DNA of 64,000 nucleotides from Escherichia coli (GTDB lineage Bacteria; Pseudomonadota; Gammaproteobacteria; Enterobacterales; Enterobacteriaceae): NCBI RefSeq assembly GCF_044324875.1, contig NZ_CP172185.1; one strand, 5' to 3'. Shown piece by piece: positions 57,444 to 64,000 of this stretch (position 1 is its first letter; each line of letters starts with the position of its first letter). The notes under the pieces were generated by a model. It saw only the letters and a program-made list of their open reading frames with translations, ran no database searches and was not told where the DNA came from. The position numbers and the translations under genes were made by a program.

Positions 57444-57947
57444 AGCACCGATGAGGCATGATATTTTGCTGGGAATAAGCGATAATTATCGCTTATTCCA
57501 TATTGAGAGTGCTATGCAGTTCCCGATTAGCTCGGCAGGGGCTAAATCATGGTTATCCGGTCATGCTGCGCATGGATAATCGCTCGGAATTTAACACTCT
57601 CGCGCTGACACTGGCTGAATGGGCATAGATACTCGCAGTAAAACGAGAGCTCAGCCAGCCTGGTCGAGTTACCCCTGATAGAGGAATACTGATCCTACCC
57701 CATGTAATGTGGACACAAGCCTAAGTGATGTTCTGGTTTTCAAATTGTTCCGTACTGAGACCACCACACCAGCTGTGCCCTAACAGGCACAGTTTCAGCA
57801 CTCCTAAGCAACCGTAAAATGGCACCAGTTTCACAAGCAATTGTGCTCATTATTATTGCTATAACAAAAACCTTTTTTTCTGATGAATGAATTATTAATA
57901 TAATTCTGATCAAACACCTGTTTTTTTAACCTACAGAAGGAGTTATT

Positions 57948-58286
57948 ATGAAAAAATACTCTTCTCCCGTCCTTGCACTCATTCTTGTTAGCAACAGTAT
58001 GGTATCCTCCGCTGCCACAAAAGAAATCTCAAAAACAGCTTATGTCTGTAATGGAAATAAGACAATGGAGGTGGTCTATATCAACACCACTGCTGGGAAC
58101 TCATATGCAGTGATTAATCAGATGGATGAGATGATACCTATGCAGCTAATGAAAATGGCCTCCGGAGCCAATTACGAAGCCATCAATAAAAGATACTCAT
58201 ATAAACTGTACACAAAAGGTAAAAAAGCCAATCTGGTGGAAGGGAATGATAATCCTGTCTTAAGCAACTGTTCATCGGCCGAATGA
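57948..58286 (+). CDS. MliC-like periplasmic C-type lysozyme inhibitor
   Basis: 112 aa; signal peptide; YVCNGNKTMEVVY...MKMASGANYEA...NCSSAE with conserved Cys pair and SGA(N/R)Y motif. Confidence 0.5.
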   Translation: MKKYSSPVLALILVSNSMVSSAATKEISKTAYVCNGNKTMEVVYINTTAGNSYAVINQMDEMIPMQLMKMASGANYEAINKRYSYKLYTKGKKANLVEGNDNPVLSNCSSAE

Positions 58287-58642
58287 CAGCCAGAGCCTGT
58301 CAGTAATTCTGTGTAAATGCCTTTTCTTTAAAGTGACCGTCAGGACGGTCACTGATTACCCATTCTGAATTCAGTGCAGAATTAAAACATGTGTGCAAAA
58401 TAATTTAATTCAGACAGCTTTTTATTTCACTATGGCTATCCCAGAACAACCAGTACAAATAATAAAAGACATATCACAGCAACACTCCACACTGACAGCG
58501 CAAAAATAAATGCCGCCTTTGTTATCTTCATATACAAGCAACCTGTCCTGATAATCACCAGCTCATGTTTTATTCTTAACCATTCGTCACAAATACAACA
58601 AAAAATAACAGCAGCAGCACCGATATCACAATATAAGATACA

Positions 58643-59098
58643 TTATTCAACACCTGAATCCCCCGCCGCTTCTCTCCCCTTTATAAAACGCCCCTTCCGG
58701 AATCCAGACCGCTGCAGTGCACGACGAAGATGACCGTATACCGTCTTGTCATTCTGCCCCGTCTCTTCTGTAATCTCCGCAATACTTAAACCTCTGTAAT
58801 ACCGGTTCAGTACCGCTCTGCGCTCTTCCAGCGTCAACACACCTCCGGCCGCTCTCAGATTCAGCATCGACTTATTCAGAATACAGCAGGCCTCTCCGGT
58901 AAAAAGAATACGAACAATATCTGTATACTCATCATCACAGAATACAAAATAATATCTGAATGACCTGCCTGACTGCACCCTTCTTCTGTCTGATATGGCA
59001 TCTTCTATATATCTGATTCGACTGCTTACGGTTCCAAATATCTCTCGCAGGGCTTTTTCAAAATAAATATCTCTCGTCGCCAGGATTATATCCAGCAT
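58643..59098 (-). CDS. Small regulator with C-terminal sigma-70 region-4/LuxR-like HTH
   Basis: 151 aa; LTLEERRAVLNRYYRGLSIAEITEETGQNDKTVYGHLRRALQ; directly upstream of adhesin gene. Confidence 0.45.
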   Translation of the reverse strand: MLDIILATRDIYFEKALREIFGTVSSRIRYIEDAISDRRRVQSGRSFRYYFVFCDDEYTDIVRILFTGEACCILNKSMLNLRAAGGVLTLEERRAVLNRYYRGLSIAEITEETGQNDKTVYGHLRRALQRSGFRKGRFIKGREAAGDSGVE

Positions 59099-59159
59099 CT
59101 CTGTACCTCATTATATCCCGGGGGACTCCCCCCGGGACAGATATCTAAATCCTGACCTG

Positions 59160-60419
59160 TCAGAACTCAAAATTCACACCAGCATTCCACGATGCGGATG
59201 ACCCACCTGCAGCAACTGCAACTTTTCCTGCCACATTCTCTGTGAAACGGTAGCCCACGCCCACCGCAATGGCCTGCTCATCACGGTAACCACCAACGGC
59301 TGCTGTCGCGTTAAATTTTCCAACACTGTATGGCTGGAAAAGACCTGCCAGTGCCGCGCTCTGGGCTGCACTCTCCCTTAACTCCTTCCGGTTCTCTTTA
59401 ATCTGCTCCTGCATATTATTCATTCTCTCTGTCGCCATCTTCTGCCAGGCTTCCGTCAAATCCAGACGATGACTGTTATTCCTTATCGCTGCTGTATTTG
59501 AGGCTATTGCTGCATCCGTCTGCGCCCTGTTCTTCACAAGCACATCGCTGAGATGTTCTGCCTGGCTTTTCGCTTCTTTACGGGCATCCCGTACACTTTT
59601 ATCTGTATAAGCCCGGGAAACCTGAACTGTTTCATCCGCTTTTTCTTTTATTTCATCCTGAAGAGCAAGAGAAGATGCATCCGTATACGCCACCGCTGCC
59701 GATGTGCCTGCAATAATATCCCTGCTGAGTTCATCACGTACTGCTGTAACCTGACTGTCAGTATGAGCACGGGCATCTCTGTATACACCGCCTATCTCAC
59801 CGCGCAGACTGTCTCCCTCTGCCTTCAGTTCATCACGTACTGCTGTGACCTGACTGTCAGTATGAGAAACAGCATCACGGTAGACAGCTCCTATCTCACC
59901 GCGCAGGGCATCCCCCGACACCCGTACAGCACCTGCAATGGCGTTGTCCATCTGTCCTTTTGTGGCCGCATCACTATCCTTAACACCATCTGAAACATTT
60001 ATAATCCGGCGGGTTTCCGGTGCACCATCAACTGAAAATCCATATCCTGAAGGACCGGCCCCTACAGAAAGTACATTGCTTTCTCCATTCACCTGAGAGC
60101 CATACCCCAGAGCGACACTGTTGTCTGCATTAAAAACAGCTGTCTTATTTCCTGTTGCCATGGATTTATCCGCATCCCAAATTATTGCATCGGAACCAAC
60201 AGCAAAGTTTTTTCCAGTAACACTACCACCATCGTTAGCATTTCCATTTCTGTCAATCACACTTGCACTTTCAAGTGACTGAGTGCCATTATCAATCCAG
60301 ATAATACCCGCCGTTGAATCAGTAATTGTTTTATGAGCCAAAGCCTGAGATGAGAGCAGCAGGGCCACACTCACTGCCAGCGCGCTTTTCTTTAAAAAAG
60401 CATCACGTCTTTTAAGCAT
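59160..60419 (-). CDS. Trimeric autotransporter adhesin (YadA/Eib-like)
   Basis: ORF 59160..60473; signal peptide [28 protein letters not shown]; coiled-coil stalk with 33-aa tandem repeat; YadA-like anchor ending ...[12 protein letters not shown]. Confidence 0.8.
   Translation of the reverse strand: MLKRRDAFLKKSALAVSVALLLSSQALAHKTITDSTAGIIWIDNGTQSLESASVIDRNGNANDGGSVTGKNFAVGSDAIIWDADKSMATGNKTAVFNADNSVALGYGSQVNGESNVLSVGAGPSGYGFSVDGAPETRRIINVSDGVKDSDAATKGQMDNAIAGAVRVSGDALRGEIGAVYRDAVSHTDSQVTAVRDELKAEGDSLRGEIGGVYRDARAHTDSQVTAVRDELSRDIIAGTSAAVAYTDASSLALQDEIKEKADETVQVSRAYTDKSVRDARKEAKSQAEHLSDVLVKNRAQTDAAIASNTAAIRNNSHRLDLTEAWQKMATERMNNMQEQIKENRKELRESAAQSAALAGLFQPYSVGKFNATAAVGGYRDEQAIAVGVGYRFTENVAGKVAVAAGGSSASWNAGVNFEF
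59731..59928. repeat. 99-bp tandem direct repeat (2 copies) inside adhesin stalk
   Basis: TCATCACGTACTGCTGT(A/G)ACCTGACTGTCAGTATGAG... repeated at 99-bp spacing; encodes ...[14 protein letters not shown]... Confidence 0.7.
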
Positions 60420-61229
60420 TCTGTTATTCTCCTGTATTATTACTTCACCAGCCAGAACGGTAGTGCGGAGCAAAAATACAGTGATAAGAATCCTCTTTTA
60501 TTAATTTAATAATGCCAGGAATATTATTGTGTATAATATGCGACCTCAATTTAAGCAGCAGAAAACGACTGGCATTAAAATCCTTAAATTATAAACACAT
60601 ACAACTTTGTAAAGGTGGTTATAATAAACCTGATTACTTTAATGTCTGTATACCTGCACTGCTGATATCACAAAACAATAAAAATCCTGGGTAATATCTC
60701 TGATGATTGAATGAGAAATTCACGATGTCTGGTGAGAATTCTGTTCAAAACGAGGAATGCAGACGTACACGTGGCAGGTATGGACTTCCACCGATTTAAC
60801 TTTTTTCCTTCCTTGTATTTACACATCACACATTTTGCGCTACAAAAATTTCACGTGGCACGCACCACGTGATCCGTAGAAAAGCCTCTTGTTACGAATT
60901 TCGTAAACCGCACGTCTGTCTGGTCGTGCGGATTTTTTATCCGTCAACTTCACATGAAACCCGCCAGAGCACTGTTTCCGGATTCAGACATCAGGCATAT
61001 TATTATCCACGATGTCGTGAACAAGATCACACTTTTGCAATTCCTTTATTGATCGAAAGCAGTTAATCACGGAAATTAATTACCGGAGTGAAAGCATTTG
61101 CTATATAAACATTCCCAGAAGACATCTTCATGTTGAATATTATTCCCTTATTGACTAGCCCCTCTGACAGAATTTCAGAGGGGGTTTTTTATCAGTTTCA
61201 CCATCCAACCCTGTACGCCAGAATGGTTT

Positions 61230-61560
61230 CACTGTCACTCAGTTCTGCTATTGCCTTTTTCATCTCCCTTTACCTTACGTTCTGCCAGAGTCTGAGCCAT
61301 TTGAACAGGAGGTTATCATTGATATCGTGTTCCCGGGCAATACGGGCAACAGAGGCTCCTGGTTGCAAAACCAGTTTAACCATTTGAAGTTTAACTCATT
61401 TGAAAATGATCTGCGGGGTTCTGCGGATAATGTTTTTGCTCCATAACAGGCGTCCACCAGTTTGAAAAGGTGGGCACCTACGTTACCAATACTGGCTTAA
61501 TGGCTACATACGGCGGTCGGTTCTTACGGTAAAACGACACAACCAAACGCTTCTTATCCT
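61230..61560. mobile_element. IS66-family terminal remnant
   Basis: Similar to the tnpA-proximal end of IS66 copy 2 (TTCTGCCAGAGTCTGAGCCATTTGAA...GGCTACATACGGCGGTC...). Confidence 0.5.
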
Positions 61561-61645
61561 GCAATGAACTGCTTTATTACCGAGTTTAGTGACCGCACAG
61601 ACACTCACTTTTAAGAAAAACAGAATGGTAAACAAACTCCATGAA

Positions 61646-62599
61646 TTACAATAGCTCTCTGGCTGCCGCCACAATATCTTGCGCGGTTAACCCGTACTCT
61701 CTCTGTAAAAAGTCCTGAGTTCCAACCTGGCCATACCGCTCTTTAACCCCCACCCGACGCATGGGCACAGGACAAGTTTCTACAAGCACTTCAGCAACCG
61801 CTGAACCTAATCCATTATGAATACTATGGTTTTCACATGTTACGATCCGTCCTGTTTTTTCGGCATAATTTTTAATTAACATCCGATCAACGGGTTTGAG
61901 CGTAAACATATCAATCACCGCTACACTTACCCCAGCCAGCTCAAGTTGACGTGCGGCCTCCAGGGCTTCCACCACCATAATGCCATTAGCAATTAAGGTG
62001 ACATCCGTACCTTCACGTAATACCTGCCCTTTGCCAATTGTAAAGGTTGTACCTGGTGCGTAAATACTCGCTGCTTGCTTCCGAATGGTACGAATCCAAT
62101 AAAATCCTTCCAGTGCAACGAGTTGACGCAAGATATCGCTGAACATTACGGCATCTGTCATCTCCATCACCACCGAATGCGCCAGCCCGCGCACAATTCC
62201 CATATCTTCAAATGACATATGTGTTCCGCCATTGTGGCAAGCAGCAACACCCGCATCAGAAGCTATAACTTTGACGTTAGCGCCCTGGTAATCAAGCGAC
62301 ATAAAGAGTTGATCAAAACAGCGACGACTGGCAAATGCGGTAAAGGTATGCACGAATGGCTTGCGCCCGGTTAAGGCCAGCCCTGCAGCTGTGCCGATAA
62401 CATTGGCTTCCATAATGCCGCAATTAATGACGTGATCTGGATAATCCTGCGCCACGCTGTCCATTGCCATGGAACTCATTAAATCAGCCTCAAGAGCAAT
62501 GACAGAACTGACGTTTTTACTCTGTTGCGCGATAAAATCTGCATAAACTTTGCGCATTTCAATGCTGTCTTTTTGTCCTGCCGGTGCGAGATTAATCAT
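61646..62599 (-). CDS. Transketolase C-terminal subunit (split transketolase)
   Basis: 317 aa; pyrimidine-binding and C-terminal transketolase domains. Confidence 0.8.
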   Translation of the reverse strand: MINLAPAGQKDSIEMRKVYADFIAQQSKNVSSVIALEADLMSSMAMDSVAQDYPDHVINCGIMEANVIGTAAGLALTGRKPFVHTFTAFASRRCFDQLFMSLDYQGANVKVIASDAGVAACHNGGTHMSFEDMGIVRGLAHSVVMEMTDAVMFSDILRQLVALEGFYWIRTIRKQAASIYAPGTTFTIGKGQVLREGTDVTLIANGIMVVEALEAARQLELAGVSVAVIDMFTLKPVDRMLIKNYAEKTGRIVTCENHSIHNGLGSAVAEVLVETCPVPMRRVGVKERYGQVGTQDFLQREYGLTAQDIVAAARELL

Positions 62600-63422
62600 G
62601 CATATCCTCCAGTTGGCGAATTGTTTCGTTTAGCGTCCCCTTCATCTCTTCTGTGAGGCGTAAGTGATGAGAATTACTGAGTTGCTCGAGACACGGCACC
62701 CCCTGCCCTTTAATGCTATCGAGAATGACCACTCTCGGTCTGGCCTCAGCTGGCAGGACAGGTTTAACTACATTCAACAAGCCCTCAATATCATCGCCCT
62801 TCACTGTCACGACATCAAAACCGAAAGCCCGGAATTTTCCTTCCAAATCAAATGGATTAATAATTTCATCCAGTTGACCATCAAGCTGCTGTTTGTTCCA
62901 GTCCACAAACACAGTGAGGTTATTCAAACGATGATGCGCGATAAACTGGAAAGCTTCCCAACATTGGCCTTCATTAAGTTCGCCATCGCCGACAATACAA
63001 AAAACCCGATTCTTGCGCCCCGCCAGTTTATGCGACAGCGCCATCCCTCCGGCAATGGATATCCCCTGCCCCAGCGATCCTGTGGTGCTATCAACACCAC
63101 ACGTTTTTAGCCGATCCGGATGACTTGGTAAGCGGGTTCCGTTCTGATTTAAGGTGCTTAATTCTTCCAGTGGAAAGTAGCCTTTCAGCGCCAGAGTACT
63201 GTAGAGAGCAGGTCCGGCATGTCCTTTGGACAGGATAAAATAGTCACGCTCAGGCCAGTCGGGAGCAGCAGGATCAATTTTCATTACAGCGCCATAAAGC
63301 ACTGCCAGCGTTTCCACAACCGACATGCTGCCACCATAATGACCGAAGCCGAGATGAGTTAATGATTTAAGCGTCTGGATACGTATATCCCGTGCAAATT
63401 GAGTCAATTCTTTAACATTCAT
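62592..63422 (-). CDS. Transketolase N-terminal (TPP-binding) subunit
   Basis: 276 aa; TPP-binding motif GDGELNEGQCWEA; overlaps C-subunit start. Confidence 0.8.
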   Translation of the reverse strand: MNVKELTQFARDIRIQTLKSLTHLGFGHYGGSMSVVETLAVLYGAVMKIDPAAPDWPERDYFILSKGHAGPALYSTLALKGYFPLEELSTLNQNGTRLPSHPDRLKTCGVDSTTGSLGQGISIAGGMALSHKLAGRKNRVFCIVGDGELNEGQCWEAFQFIAHHRLNNLTVFVDWNKQQLDGQLDEIINPFDLEGKFRAFGFDVVTVKGDDIEGLLNVVKPVLPAEARPRVVILDSIKGQGVPCLEQLSNSHHLRLTEEMKGTLNETIRQLEDMHD

Positions 63423-64000
63423 GATTTGGCTCCGCTCTTCTTCTGCGCTTTGGCAGCGATTTTGTTACTGGCGAAAATGTTCCAGGCAACCAGCAGCACA
63501 AATAGCGCTACTACAAGTCCGGTGATGGCAAAAGGTGAGAGATAACGTGCCAGGTTTCCGAGGACGATGCCGACAGCACCAAAATCTGCATCGGAAAAGG
63601 TCGTATTAGCAAAGCCTATCGCCCCAAGAACCGGCAATAACAGTACTGGCAGGAAGGTAATCAATAAGCCATTCGCAAAAGCACCAATCATTGCGCCACG
63701 ACGTCCCCCCGTAGCGTTACCAAATACGCCAGCAGCCGCCCCGGTAAAAAAGTGAGGAACGACACCCGGAAGAATCAACACCAGTTTCATCTGTCCCAAC
63801 AAAAATAGCCCTACCAGACCGCCAAAAAAGCTAAACAAGAAACCAACTAACACTGCGTTTGGCGCATACGGATACACAACCGGGCAATCGAGGGCCGGAC
63901 GGGCATTCGGCACCAGCTTTTCTGAAAACCCGGTAAATGCCGGAACTATTTCAGCAAGGATTAAACGCACGCCTTGCAGAATAATAAATACACCAGCAGC
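63419..64000 (-). CDS. PTS ascorbate-family (SgaT/UlaA-like) EIIC, C-terminal part; 5' end outside window
   Basis: Hydrophobic polytopic sequence in frame to the window end; overlaps transketolase N-subunit start. Confidence 0.6.
   Translation of the reverse strand, partial: AAGVFIILQGVRLILAEIVPAFTGFSEKLVPNARPALDCPVVYPYAPNAVLVGFLFSFFGGLVGLFLLGQMKLVLILPGVVPHFFTGAAAGVFGNATGGRRGAMIGAFANGLLITFLPVLLLPVLGAIGFANTTFSDADFGAVGIVLGNLARYLSPFAITGLVVALFVLLVAWNIFASNKIAAKAQKKSGAKS

Overview
Enterobacterial (E. coli-like) chromosome. Positions 1-12160 are conserved core in the known order epmB'-yjeJ-yjeI-groEL-groES-yjeH-fxsA-aspA-dcuA-cutA-dsbD-yjdC, ending at a tRNA-Phe gene (pheU context). From the tRNA 3' end to the window end (about 52 kb) lies a mosaic genomic island that opens with a P4-type integrase. 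The first cargo gene is a 1171-aa single polypeptide fusing an Upf1-like SF1 helicase core to a C-terminal single-HKD phospholipase-D-family nuclease domain behind an unassigned ~295-aa N-terminal domain; this is my top candidate for an anti-phage defence system (architecture resembles Mokosh type II, homology not verified). Other cargo: a sulfatase-family membrane enzyme and outer-membrane barrel; a Tat-secreted PhoX-like phosphatase; two IS66-family elements, IS2 and many IS3/IS110 remnants; a truncated FHA/CdiA-like repeat gene; a GC-rich Klebsiella-like block with a xyloside utilisation locus and a divergent pair of HNH nucleases; an IS2-disrupted DUF4198-like gene beside a TonB-dependent receptor; an orphan UgpB-like binding protein and phytase-like protein; an RpiR-PTS-NanE cluster; an MliC-like lysozyme inhibitor; a trimeric autotransporter adhesin with a 99-bp tandem repeat; and a split transketolase with a partial ascorbate-family PTS EIIC. 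No CRISPR array or rRNA was seen. CDS coordinates follow the supplied ORF track; hand-placed small features (hairpins, IS ends, promoter elements) may be off by 1-2 nt. All family assignments are from reading the translations, not from database searches.
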